Shown here piece by piece: positions 10,400 through 23,342 of a DNA stretch of 64,000 nt. Made by a program: the position numbers and the translations under genes. The notes beneath the pieces were generated by a model. It did no database searches, had not been told where the DNA came from, and saw only the letters and a list, made by a program, of their open reading frames with translations. Source of the stretch: Mesotaenium endlicherianum (lineage: Eukaryota); NCBI GenBank assembly GCA_009602735.1, contig WELA01002449.1:59818-123817 (forward strand), written 5' to 3'. Each line of letters opens with the position of its first letter. Position 1 is the stretch's first letter.

Positions 10400-12450
10400 A
10401 TTGCACATATGTCGAGTAGTCATAAGTGGCTGAAATCTTGAAAAAGACATTTAATAGACTATTCCCATCTTCAAATAGAATACAAGATGGAAAATGACCT
10501 GGCCTAGCCTACTCGATCACCCAATCATCTACTCGACACTCCTTGAAGGAATTGGCTCATACGAGGCAAGCTCTTTTTGCAAGGGCTATGGCAACACACT
10601 CGGCAAATCATTGAAGTCGACTCCCAAGCATGAGATATGAATTGTGAAGACTGACTACATTGTGCACAATCTTGCCCTAGGTCGTCAAATCTTTTGGTAG
10701 TGAGGCAGTAGCTTAGGGGTAGCTTAGTGCCATGGTGTTTGAGGCACTAAAGAAGTTGCTAGGGCAGGCATTATAGTTCGGCTTATTGAGAGGTGGTTAT
10801 TCCATGATACCTTGTTTTTCTTCAAGTTGTTAAAAGACACATGGTGGAAACGATCTTTTGCGGGGAATGATTTGCAAGATTTTCCTTGATTAAAAAGTGT
10901 TGTGCAATCACAAGTAGTTCAAATGAACTTCTCAATTTTTCTCGACAAAAAAGTAGTTGCCACACAAGGTGAATGAAGTCTTTCAATCATCCATACATAT
11001 TAAATAAGATTGTCATAGTTGACATTCTCTTGAGACACTCAATTCAACAAGAAATTGTCAAATAGTGTATCACAAGCCTGACAAATGAGAACGAATTTAT
11101 TTTGGAAAGTCAATAGTTTTGGCTTTTGAAAAACGATTGGCGAAGGTAATCTTCGTCATTATCTGTGATGATTTCTTGTTTGTGATTGGTTGCAATTTCC
11201 AATTTTACCCCTAATCTGCTTTGGGGCGTAAAATGGGCGTAGATGCATTTCTACGTAGGTCCATCTTTGCCAAGCCACACTCTTAACATACATCCTTCAC
11301 TTAGGCATTTTCGAGCTAAATTTTTCATTTATCCTTGGACCAGTTTCAAAGTGATTTTGTTGCTACTCGAAGTCTTTAGAGCTTTAACATGCAAAAAGTG
11401 GAATAAGGTTGTCAAAGTCGATGTTCTCTTTTAACACCCAAAGTTCCATTCTCATAGTTATTGCATATGCATTCTTAAATTAGGTGTAATCTTATGTTGC
11501 CATTTGCTTACTTGTCTAATTGACCAGTTTCAAGGATGTGTTACACCCTGAATCATATCCACCAACGCGGCTGAATGGGGCAACAATTTTCACCGCATCA
11601 TTAGCAAACTCGTAGGGAAGGTGGTGGAATTGGCCCCTACTTGGGAAACCAAAGTCGAGAATTTGGGTTTCAATATCCAATTGATGATGAAAACTTTGAC
11701 AATAAAATTGTGTAGGTGTGAGGGTGGGGAATAAAATAGGGCAAGCGTTCTAAATATTTTGATTAATTGGCAACTTGAATTGTGACTGTCACAAAAGGAA
11801 ATCAGGTAAGTGACGCATTTGCTCTTTAATTTGATTGTCAAATGGTTTGGAAAGTTGTCGCTGGAGGGCTTGGGATGTTCGACGACTTTGAGAACTTCCG
11901 AAGTTTGTCTAAGTCCAAAATGAAATGCGATGCAATTTTTATACAGGCGTTTGCCATGACGGATCAATGAAATCACTAAGTGTTACCTATGCACTAAATC
12001 ATTCTATAACCCACTTCTGTGAAGGAAGTCATGGAGCATTGTTAATGATTTTAAACCTTAGAGTTTTGTAAGTTGTTATGATTGACCACAGGAGGGTAAT
12101 GTGATCAACTTCACTACATAAGTCAAACGTGACGTTTGGGAGTAAATAAATCCTTCCATTTTGGAGTAGTCAAACCTTCTCCAGAAAGATGAAGATGCGG
12201 ATTCTATTACTCGTGGACGATAAGATTCAAGCATTTGCAAAGGAATTTTTCAAAACGTCCTTCCATTGTTCACACGCGTCAATCACCATGCATTTAATAA
12301 TCTCTACATGCTTGGACAGAAGACGTTCAATTTCAACAATGACATAAACCCCGTCGTTAGAGCCCGTCGACAACTTCTGAGAACTAGAAAGGTCGTTGGC
12401 AATTCAAATCATGTTGTGTAATTTCATTTTTTTACTGTTTCGATCGGTTG
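10400..12450 (-). pseudogene. AT-rich, heavily decayed coding-like sequence, probably a transposon relic
   Basis: Minus strand gives protein-like stretches broken by stops and frameshifts. A diverged 37-bp repeat lies 399 bp apart (11005-11041 vs 11404-11440). No family recognised. Confidence 0.35.
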
Positions 12451-12846
12451 AACATGTGATGTTAACAAATATTTAGAGCGTTCTCCAATGTGGAATTTGT
12501 AAATGGAAACCTAAAAGAGGTGTACTTTTTTTGTCCTATCCAGATTGACGTTTTCCAAGCTTTGACGTTCTTTGTAACTTTGATATGATTAGTTGTTGTG
12601 AAGCACCTCATAGAAATATATTAAATATTACCTCTATTGATCATATATTTATATTTGCCTAGCTTGAAAATCGTTTGATATTTTGCGTAATTTCTCCCCA
12701 ATTTCTTAAGTGGAGGTTCTCCCCCATAGGCCCAATTCTAGATCAACATCCATCCCCAAAGTTCTATCGCGGACATGGTGATGTTCGAGCGTGTTATAAT
12801 TTCTAAGTTCGGTCAGTTGTTATCTATTCTCCTATACTCTACTAAC

Positions 12847-13158
12847 ATCGTTAATTGTGGGGGGACCTACAATTTTCTCTCACAAAGTGCCTTCAAACAA
12901 TGGCAACAAAATTAAGCGTCAAAATAGCCCTACCCTCCCTCGTTTTTCTTCCACCATCCCTTCTCCCTCCCTCCCTCTCTCTCTCTCTCTCTCTNNNNNN
13001 NNNNNNNNNNNNNNNNNNNNNNNNNNNNNNNNNNNNNNNNNNNNNNNNNNNNNNNNNNNNNNNNNNNNNNNNNNNNNNNNNNNNNNNNNNNNNNNNNNNN
13101 NNNNNNNNNNNNNNNNNNNNNNNNNNNNNNNNNNNNNNNNNNNNNNNNNNNNNNNNNN

Positions 13159-13233
<75 letters not shown>

Positions 13234-14226
13234 CAAGCACGCGGCCATGGACACTTGCCCCAACGAGCGGCCATGGCTGCATCCCACCAGCATGCGTTCC
13301 CAACCTCTTGAGCTCACGGAACTAATTAACGAGCGACATCGCCCTCTCCCACGCCCCGTGACGAGCTACCTTGCGGCCCAGGCGAGGCCTCACCTCGCTT
13401 CTCCTTGCCATGGCCGCTCACAAAGAGCCCAAAGGGCGCATGGTCTAAGTGATGAAGAGATCTTATTCATGGAGAGGGCCTAACTTATGGCGGTCTCCAA
13501 AGGGCGGGCCGCATGATAAAAGCGTCGTCACAATCGAACGCTTTTGCGTTGATCCAGGTCGCATTCGTACACATACGATTTCGAACGCACGTACGGGACG
13601 CACCTCACACAAGCAAAGGTCCTTATTGGCTTATCGTAGACAACAAATTACTGCACATACTATGTTCATACTCGTTTGATATCGTTGTTCGTGAGGCGAC
13701 CGACAATTTTCCCCTCACAAAGTGGCCCCAATCGCGACAAAATTTAGCGTCAAAACAACGCAAATGCTGTTGACGCTCCCAGTCAACGCCAACAACTTAC
13801 CCTCCCTCCCTCCCTTTTCCACCACCTTTTCTCCATCTTTTTCTTTCTCTCCCTCTAACACTCTCGTAACAAGCAGGCGGCCATGGCCCTTTGCCACTCC
13901 AAGCGGCCATGGCTGCTCACCGGCATGTGCTTCCAACATTTTGACCTCTCGAACCCATCTAACAACTGACAACGCCCTCCCCACGCCATTGTGACGAGCT
14001 ACTTCGTGCCCCAGGCGAGGCTTTGCCTTGCTTCTCCTCGCCATGTCCGCTTACGAAAAGCCCAAAGGCCGCACTTTCTGAGCAAAGAAGTGACCTTATT
14101 TATGGAGAGGGCCTATTTTATGGCGGTCGCCAAACGGCGGGTCACGTAAAAATTAGTCACGATTGAACGCTTTCGCGTCGATCCAGGTCGCACGCGTACG
14201 CGTACAATTCCGAATGCACGTACGGG
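12847..14226. repeat. Two diverged direct copies of a ~0.5-0.75 kb unit (12847-13597 and 13681-14226), probably transposon terminal regions
   Basis: Shared blocks ACAATTTT..CTCACAAAGTG, TAACAAGCA.GCGGCCATGG, GTGACGAGCTAC, ATGGAGAGGGCCTA and GATCCAGGTCGCA. Both copies end in GCACGTACGGG. Copy 1 contains a (CT)n tract with an N-gap. Confidence 0.8.
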
Positions 14227-15224
14227 CTGGGGCTAAGACGAGCGAGGGCGGCGCCTTGCTGAAGTCGACGGGCTACGCTTCATACGTTACTTCATACGTT
14301 AGTTCACATTTTATTCGTTAAGTTCGTTCCGTGCAATTCCGTGTATGCTCTGTGCCGTGTGCTGGATCGCGAAGAGTTGCGAGTGGATACAAACACATGC
14401 GAGTCGCGACCCGATGTGGTAGGAGGCGACGAGTCGTGAGGACTGACCGAGAAGCGCCGAGGAACCATCTTAACAGCATAATCTTCCGGGGGGGCGAGAG
14501 CTGGATGATTATACTCTGCTGTACTCTGCTCCTACTTCAAGCTTCTGTTCCCGTGTGTCGTAAAATTTCCCCAACTCTTATATTGTCAAGCTGGCAACAG
14601 CGATCTGTTGTCAGCAGTTGTCAGGTATACGGTAGGCGTCAGGTGTTTTAGGTTTTCGCTGTTGTTCGCTGGCCGGTTCACTAACGACGATAAGGAACGA
14701 CGGGAAGTGAGAGCAACAGAAAAGAGTGGATGAGACAGCATGAGACGAGGTCATCGTCGCACGCTGGTTCATATTGGCCAAGTTCAAAGTCCGCAATACC
14801 AGGTACCGGATGAACACCTGGATTTGTTCAAACTCCTGCAGGAGTCCAAACTTTTGCCCCCGAAGCAAACCATTTTCTACTCTCGCCACACCTTGCTCTC
14901 TCGTTCCTGCTCCCGACATCAAAAGCACTTGCAGTCCTATGCCAGTTTTCTCGGCCATGCACATTCGCTATAGCAATGAACTTGAAGGGTTAGCGACTTC
15001 CGTCTAAATAATATATTTTGTCGCCTATCGTGGTATTGAGGGATTAGGAGTCGTGAGCCTTGATTCATTTGAAAGAAGATGTTGAACTAAACTAAGATAA
15101 ATACTTGCAAAAAATGAAGAACGACAGAGTATGCCAAACACAGCATAATATTAGCTGACTAGCTGATGGTTTCTTCATAGCTCCTTACAACAATTAGTGT
15201 CGTCCAGAGTACTACTCGGGGATC

Positions 15225-18200
15225 ATGTCGAGTCCTGGAATGCTTCCTACATGGCTTCTTGCAACTGCACTCGGATCGCCAGGGAACCCAAATCAGACAG
15301 TATCCCCTTATACACAATCTCCAAAACTTGCCCCTAGGAATCTGCTAGAGCAGCTGCATATCAAACAGGCTACTGCAGCTGCAGTGGCTGCACAATCTTC
15401 AATGCATATGACTCCTAATGGTCAGGTAGGCTCCCATCGTGAGGACATTTAGCTTTTCGTGTGCATAACAACAGCTATATCCAGGTTCCGTTTTTGGTTC
15501 CGCTCTGCTTCACTAATTTCAGTTATAACTTTCTGAATGGCCCATGATGAATAAACTACGAAGGCTGCTGAGTTCACATTAAGCATGTAGCAGTTCATTT
15601 CTCTACCCGTAACCACGGTACAATGTTTCTATGCATGCACAGGCAGCTTGAATTACCTTTCCCGCTGCTTTTCTTGCAGGATTCCTCCCAGTTGCAAGTC
15701 AAGAGCTTCATGCCAGCTGGAGGCTCGGTGGTCAGCCAAGGATCTGGCACGAACGGCAATGCTCAGCCTGAGCATCTGAATGCGATGATAGGTAGCCTCT
15801 GTCAAGCGACTGGCATGACCCCTGTAATGCTATATGAGGCCCTGAGTGCCTCCATTTCCAAAAACCAAGCAGGAATGAACAGCGGCTCCTCTCTGCTGGA
15901 TAACAGCCCTGGGAGCACTCTCAGGCAAAATGGATCTACTGGGAGTATAGATATCGGCCTCGGCTCGAATCCCAGCTGCCTTGAGTACAAGACATGCACG
16001 CCTGTAGCTGGATGCACAGGCGTGGATTCCCAAATGTTGGGCACACCGCAGTCAACTCAAAGCTTGCCAGGCCTATTCTCGAGCTCAGGGGAGAGCTATC
16101 CTCAGAACACGGGCAGCCAGGGAGTTGTGCAGGAGAAGGCAAGGGATGGGTTGCCGTGGGGCACGGCCAATACAGGTCGCGAAGGAACCACCAACCATCA
16201 CTCCCCCTCTACATCTGGGGGGCTGTGGAGGCAGCAGCCCAGCCTGCATCAGCAGCTGGAGGCGAAGGTGGCTAACCATGCCGAAGCTGGCAACGCCATG
16301 GAGTCTCGCAGCCATGTCACTCAAGAGCTCAACAGGTTGGTCTCATCTGAACGTTCCGTATGTTGCTGTACGATGGGTTTGGTGACCAACCTTCTGAATG
16401 CGCTGGCTGATGCTGTTTTCTTCCAATTGACATGGCAGGCCCCAAAGTGTCTTACATGAATTTTGCATGATTTGCCACTGACTGCAATTACTGATATCAT
16501 CTAATCTCACATCTTGGAGAATGTGTGCAAGATATGGTTTCCAATGCTGCCATCCTTGCCTGTCGATGCGTTCACGAGCATTGTCTAATTTTATGTCTTG
16601 ATGTTTATGTTTGCGTGCAGTTTCTGGTCTCCAATGCAGACCCCTCCATACTCAAAGCTGGAAGGATCAGAAGGCGGAATCAGCTTCATCGACAAGTGTG
16701 CTACATATAGTTCGCCACTGGCTCGCATCGCATCGACAGACAGGGCAGGATCTTTCAGCCCACAATATACGGCTCCAGAGAGGTTGAACGCACTCAACAC
16801 CGTGGAAAGAGCGAGCTCACTGGGACCCATGGATAGAACTGGAGCTCATGGGCTTTTAGACAGGTCAGACTCTCTGGGCCTTGCAGGCGCCGGGCGAGCG
16901 CATCCCTTTACTCTTGCAGACATATTAGCTGAGATTGGAGGAGAGCCAATGTCCACTTTCGGCAGCCCCAGCAAAATGCATGGCGCCGCTACAGTTGCAG
17001 GGGTGGCAAGGGGTAGCGAAGCACACGATGCGCGGAGCTTGCTCGGCAGGATGAGAGATGCACAGGAGACAGGAGGAGGCAGCATTTACGACACGGCCAA
17101 AGAACGCTGCGATGACTTGGCTTCATCTACCTCCTTGCCAGGTAACACATTTTCCCTCCTGCGCTTGGCTCTCTTGTGTGGTGTATGTCACGTTTCAAGG
17201 AAGCTGGAGGCAATCTTCGCTTCTCCGAAGAAAGGATTGGGAGTGTGCATGGGGTTGTTTGTCTTCTCTAAATCTTGTCCTCTATTGACATCTACTGAGC
17301 ACTCGAGTATCGCAGATATCTCTGGCACTGTCTGTATGATGCTGACCCCTTTCATTGTTACTGTGAGCAGAAAATAAAGATGAAATGAAGGAAAGCAAGG
17401 GTGATGGAGCGCAGAGTGCAGCCACACCCCCCAGCATGGCCTGGTCAAACACACCTTCCTCCAGCCCTTTGCTATTGGGAGCCTTCCTTCGCTCTCCGAA
17501 CGGGTTCCCTACCTTCTCCTTGGATGAAAGCCCCGTGCTCACATCAAGTGAAGGATTCCAGGAGATAAAGTCTCACTCTCTAGGCTCCAGCGCTCTGGAC
17601 TCGAGCATTGGGCCAAGCAACCTAGGCTCTAGCAATGCGTGGAATAGCAAGGTAGGATCTCCTTTGAAGCACACCCCTCTAGAAGGCAGCCCGGGGCAGA
17701 GGCTTCACCTGCAAGACAGCCAACGAATGAGCTCCTTGGCAGGCATGCCCATTGACATGCTAGACAGAGAGGACCACAAGAGGAAGCAGGAGGAGATTCT
17801 GAACGAGCAGACCATCAAGCGATTGCGCTCTTTCGACTCGCACTTATCTCCTCTACTAGGGGCCAGCCACTCTGCTTCACCATCCCTTTCAGCCCCCAGG
17901 CTGAGCCCCATTGTGTCGCCTACGCCATGGAGCCTCGGCCCTTCTCCAGCCCTGACCAGGTCTCCAGCCCACACAGCTTCAGCATGGGTGCCGACGCATT
18001 CTGCTTCAAGCAACCCCCCTCTAGGTCCCAGTCTTTCGCCTCTGGTCACGTATAGCTCCCATACCACTCCTCTCATCGCGCCTCAGCCAGCTCCAGACAG
18101 CAGTCAGATGTCGACCTCAAAGATCAGCAACAAGGATGTGAGGCAGGACTCAAGGCCTGAAATTGAAGCCATCTTGCGGAGAGCTCACAGTCAAGGATCG

Positions 18201-19253
18201 CCCGGCCTACACAAGACAGGCCACTCTGGAGAGCTGAGGAGAAAGAAGACTCCCGAGGAAATCCTGAAGGAGGCCTTTCAAGCAAGCCTGGCTGCAAAGT
18301 CTGCCAAAAACCCTACGGCCCTTCTAGGGGTCAAGAGAGGACCTTGCACAGAGCCCCAAGCTCTTGCGGCCAGAGTAAGAATCTCATTGCCACGAAAAGG
18401 AGAACGTGAACTTGAAAGCTAGTCGAAGGTCTACAAAGTGCAGCTGGTAGTGTGCCTTTTGACATCTTCAACTCCGATGCTATCTGATCCCAGCTTGGTG
18501 AGTTCTCCTGGGCCCTTGTACAATGCTGCGGAGGATCATTATAACTCTTCTCTGCATGCGTGACATGTCGCAGGCGAGGAGAGAGCGCATTAATGCGCGC
18601 ATGCGTGTGCTTCAGGGCCTTGTCCCCGGTGGCAACCAGATGACAACCGAGAATTTCCTGCTGGAGGCTGTGCAGTATGTCAGTTTCTTGAAGCACCAAG
18701 CAGTGGTAAGAGGACTACCTTCCTCAAATGGCTTCTCGTCTTGCTTTTTAGGTCTGATGAAGTGATCAGATCTGTGCCCACCTTTTTTTGCATACTTATT
18801 TGAGTGTACAGATGCCTCTTTCAATTACGTTGTTGATTTCCGCTGCGACAAATTGTTCAGCACCGCGGTACACTAATACCTTTTGATAATCACCGAAGGT
18901 GCTGCAGCAGCTGACACTAGTATGGTTTGCATTTACAGAGCTTGATTGAAGGAGGAAATGACGTCACGGAAGAGTTACCTCCTGATGGGAAGGGTTCTGA
19001 GACAGCTGCAAGCTCGGCAGAGAGTTCCACAGCTGCGCCCGCTAAAGCAAGGAAGAAGATCAGCTGGTGTCAAGATGGTGAGCTTGGAAGAAGGGGACTG
19101 CATATAACTCCTGTAATGAAAGTTTTACCTATTGCCTTTGAAGGTGGCCCTCTAGACATAATTCTTGCAAAGCAGGCTGAAGGCCAGGATGGGGACGACA
19201 ACGAAGAGCAAGAGCAGACAGGTCGTGCGGAGACTTCCGGCAAAGAGATGTAA
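15225..19253 (+). CDS. bHLH transcription factor, plant subfamily VIII-like (RSL/HECATE-related), ~942 aa
   Basis: Phase-consistent exons 15225-15425, 15680-16335, 16621-17141, 17371-18374, 18574-18705, 18939-19253 (2829 nt). bHLH reads [56 protein letters not shown]. Confidence 0.85.
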
Positions 19254-20183
19254 TCCGTTGACGCGGTATAAAACAGCACCACATGAAGTTCATTTGACAC
19301 AATTCAGTAGATCAGCAAGACGAAAAAGTAGTGGGTTACAGAGCATGTATTGCGTCCTGTTAGCTCCAGCAAACCCTTGTCCACAAAGCTTGGCCATCAG
19401 AAGTTGGCTCATAAGCTGTTAGTAAGCAGGAAACCTTATGGAGGACATTTGGCTCATCCATAGCGGCTACTTCAGACAGCTTGCATGCTTAAGTACCTGT
19501 GGGGCGCTTCAATAGGATAGCAGGCAGAAGCAGCAAATGCAGCTTCTATAGTTTCAATATATAGAAACAAATGCTGAAGTACATGGTAGGATGGAGCTCG
19601 GGGATGCCTAGGACTGTTCTACACAAGGAGAACATAGGAAAAGCATCGCTATAGGGGGAATAAGCTGCCACTTCTCTGTATCATTTGGTACTGTCAATAT
19701 GCCGAAGGTATGGGTGGTGCACGTCTAGCGTACAGTCTCTTGACTAACTTGCCAAGTATGTAGGATGGAAATTAGATCTGGCAAACTCTGAGGATACGTC
19801 CCAAGATTTAGGACCTCATTACATTCATTCTTTGATTCAATAAAAACCTGGAAACAGGAACTTTGGATTATGTAGAATTGAGAGCATAATTGCTCAATTT
19901 GATCCCACTCGATCTTCATTGAAGTCAGCTCATTTTACTTCAGTGATTATTAGCTTCTCATATTCGAATAAGAACTTGACGAGAGTGACGACAGTCCTCT
20001 AAGATTCTTTGACAGGTACACTGTGTGACCGTTTGAAGCTGTTGCAAGCATGCAGTTCGCAAATGAAAGACTGTTCAAGCGGGTCAAAATAACACTGTTG
20101 ACATATTTCTTTGAGCGGTCTGCAACGATCTGTTTTTCTTTCACTGCACAAGATTGATCGGTAGCCGGAGTTTCAATATATGT

Positions 20184-22490
20184 CCCAGATGGCAAAACTT
20201 TGCGTGCCCTTATAGTGTGTTGTGACCGCGTTACCTTTTAGGTGCCCCAAAACCGAGCTTTGCGTGCCCCGGCCCCCGAGTGGAACTCTATTGCGTGCAT
20301 TATCGAAGCAAGATGATGTGTCGTGCCTAACAGCCTCGGACCCCTGGCACTCGCGTGGCTTCTCAGCACTTGTGCCTTCAACCCGGTCGACGTGTCGGCG
20401 GTCCCTTTCATGTGCTAGAATTCCCGGGTCGTTTGGTCGGTGCGTTGCTGCACTAGCGAAATCAACCGAGTTGATGGACCCCTGCACGTGTGTCGGTGGC
20501 GGACTGGCAGGGGGTTGATCCATTCCTGGTCTTCCTGCACTTGCATCATGCGGTGAAGCATCCCACACTCAGTGCTTCCCATGCTCAACCAGTTCCTCAT
20601 TCCACCCTACCAACACTTAGTATAAATTTTTAAAAAGTTATCTTATCCTCAGCTTCCCTTACAAGGACAGAAGCGTCTTTCTTCCACACATACTTTCACC
20701 CAAGTTGAGGGTTTACAGAATGAACAAGTTTGTGGTTTGCATAAATCACGTCTAAGCAGCTTAACAGGCAATGCCAGATTCAGAGAAAATCGGCCTTCAA
20801 GGCTTTCGCTTAACTTTCACAAGTCACAGCTTACAAAACTCTGAAATTGCACATCTATGCTGGTCTGGTCTGAGCTCTTCACTCAACACCGCGCCTTAAC
20901 AGCTCTTCACTGCTCGGCTGGGCTCACTCAGTTCTTCACTGAGAGCTTTACTTGTTAAGACTACTCTTGCTATAAGCAATTCAACAATTGAGACTTCTGA
21001 GAACTTGGAAACTAACACAGCATTCACCATTTTAAGTGACCCTCGCACGCTTGAGGCGTTTGACCCAAATCTGTGCTAATCTCCTAGCAGATTCTATTCT
21101 GCAACTCTCTACTTTCTACTAGCGAGATCCTCTCTTGGGAACTCCTGAGGTCTAACCTTTCTATGATACACTTAGGAAGAAATCTTCCAGCGTCGGCAGA
21201 AGCGTGGCGTCTCGGATCTTCTATGGCCTTGGGAACTCCTTCTTCTTCACGCTCCTTCTGCTCCTTCAGCTTCCTTTGACAACGATGCGAGCAAGAATGA
21301 GGCAGCTTCAGGCAGGACTCGTGCCTTTCACAGGCACCACACATTATCCTCTCTCGAGAATGCCAGTGCTTAGTCACAGTGCTTAGCTTGCATGCCGTCC
21401 TTAACTAGCAGCTCTCACACAGCTTAGGAGTTGTCATTCAGCATGCATGCATGCCTTGGGATTGTTGCCCGTGACCGCTTAGCCTTTCAGCCGGCAATCA
21501 TGCCTATGTGGCTCGCTGGCAGCGTTTAAAATGAACGCTCAAGCCGTGACTAGTCACCTGAGGGTCTTGGCCGAGGTGGCTCACAACGCCTCTGCAACAT
21601 CCCTGCTGTACTTGGCTTAGATAGCCAATTGATCAGTACCTTTCTTGGCACTTGCTGGGCTGGCTCATTGCTGGTTCCATACCCCTAGCCTTTCGGCTAA
21701 CTACTCCGTCCAAGTCCCCATCCATCCCTGGGTGTGGGTTTGACGTGTCGTGACCACTTTGACAGTGATAACGACTTTGACATGACCGCTGACTGAGATA
21801 ACTCGGTCCTTTGGTCGGTGAGTCAACGCTGACTTCCTGTACCTGGGCGGCCGTGGCTTGCACTGTGCGTGCGGCACCGTCAAGTGGATAGCAGTCGCGA
21901 CATATGGCCCCGGCCACCATGGAAATCCTGCGCCAATATTAGAGTAATTCGCGCCTCCCCACTTTAAAGTGATTAATATTCGCACGGCCCCAAAATAGGA
22001 CAATGATTACGTACCTTCACAGAAAAAACATTTTGCGAGGCCCCAAAAGTCAAATTTTCGTGCCCCACACTGTGTAAGTCAACTTTGCGTGCCTGTGCGT
22101 GCCCCAGAAACCAAACTTTGCGTACCCCACATTGTAAGTCAACTTCGCGTGCCCCAGAAACCGAACTTTGCGTGCCCCATGAATTAACCCGAAGTTTGCC
22201 TTCTTCCACATACAAGACGTCAATTTTGCGTGGACCCCCACTCCTGCCCCCTCCGAACTGGGCGTGTCCCAACTTTCAGTCATTCTAAGCATGAGTTGAT
22301 TGCGTACCCCCACATCATGCCAATTCTGCGTGCACCCCAATTCATCGACAACTTAGCGTGCCCCGAGATGAAGTCAGCTTTGCGGAACCCCCATATCCGA
22401 ACTTTGCGTGGCGCCACTAGATGTGTTCTTGTTTTTTTCTCCTACACCGAACTTTACGTTCCCCCCACAAGAGGACGGTTATACGTGCCT
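20184..22490 (+). repeat. Array of degenerate AACTTTGCGTGCCCC motifs (20194-20300 and ~21948-22490), likely subterminal repeats of a DNA transposon end
   Basis: About 20 same-orientation copies spaced ~25-30 bp apart. The array begins directly after CCCAGATGGCA at 20184. Confidence 0.65.
20319..21902. mobile_element. Putative solo LTR inserted in the motif array
   Basis: A 1.58 kb segment without recognisable coding sequence, bounded by TGTCGTG...CGCGACA (TG..CA, 6/7 inverted). It interrupts the array. Target-site duplication is imperfect (GATG/TATG). Confidence 0.4.
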
Positions 22491-23342
22491 CAAGAATTTC
22501 ATCAGCAACAAACATGAAAAGGAACTGATGAAAACAAGTAAATGCCCCCCATGAGGGATTTAGTACCAGAGAGAGTGCCCTGGCCTGGATAACAACTGCA
22601 AGGGCTATTTCTGGTTGCTTGGATCTGGAAAATCCCTCAGGGCTTTTTTTTGGTTTTGAAAGTACTAGATTTACTAACAAAATCTGAATGCTCCGTCTAA
22701 AGTCTGTGGTTAAGATCGGTACGGTTCTCATGTTTTTCTGTGACGCTGACACTTTTTCTCAGATTAAAAAGTCTCCAGCAGAATGCGAGTGGCCAAGATG
22801 ATTACATGTTTGAGTACCTTTAGTCAGGATGGCCAAATTTGTCTAGCATAGCACAAAATGTGTGAAGATTGAATAAATCTCCAACACATTACCATCAAAA
22901 TCAACCTTTTCCTCTTTTAAGCAGTCATTTTTGACTATCCTACACTACTTCGGGCAATCACTGCATATGATGAATTTTGCAGACCCCAATTTATAAACCT
23001 GCATCTAACATTATTTTCGCTTCAAATTGTTGACGGAAAAGTAACATGCTCTCAAGGGCAAGAATAAGCAAACAAGCTTTCAAGGAAATGGCATGGGATG
23101 CGGTGCGAAGACTCCATATTCCCCCCCCCCCCAAAAAATTATATACTTAGCATCTCCGGTTTCACATACTTACCGGTGCAGGATATGTCATCACATGAAC
23201 TAACCTGCACTGACATTTTGCACGTACATCATCAACCGAAGCAGTCCTCAGTCACCTGAACATGTTGGCAGCACCAATTTCAATATCTTGGGAGCTGCAA
23301 TCTGGACACAAACTCTTCACGTCATTGACTCTCCCCCAATAA

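Noticed and set aside
12330..12375. GSNDGVYVI, resembling a Ulp1-protease motif
   Set aside because: Lacks the catalytic Cys and is too short to support a call.
14740..14973. 77-aa ORF upstream of the bHLH as a conserved-peptide uORF
   Set aside because: No recognisable similarity, and it probably lies in a 5'UTR intron ending at the AG at 15179-15180.
21948..22490. CRISPR-like repeat/spacer appearance
   Set aside because: Repeats are short and degenerate, spacers are 10-15 bp and partly repeated, there are no cas genes and the context is eukaryotic.
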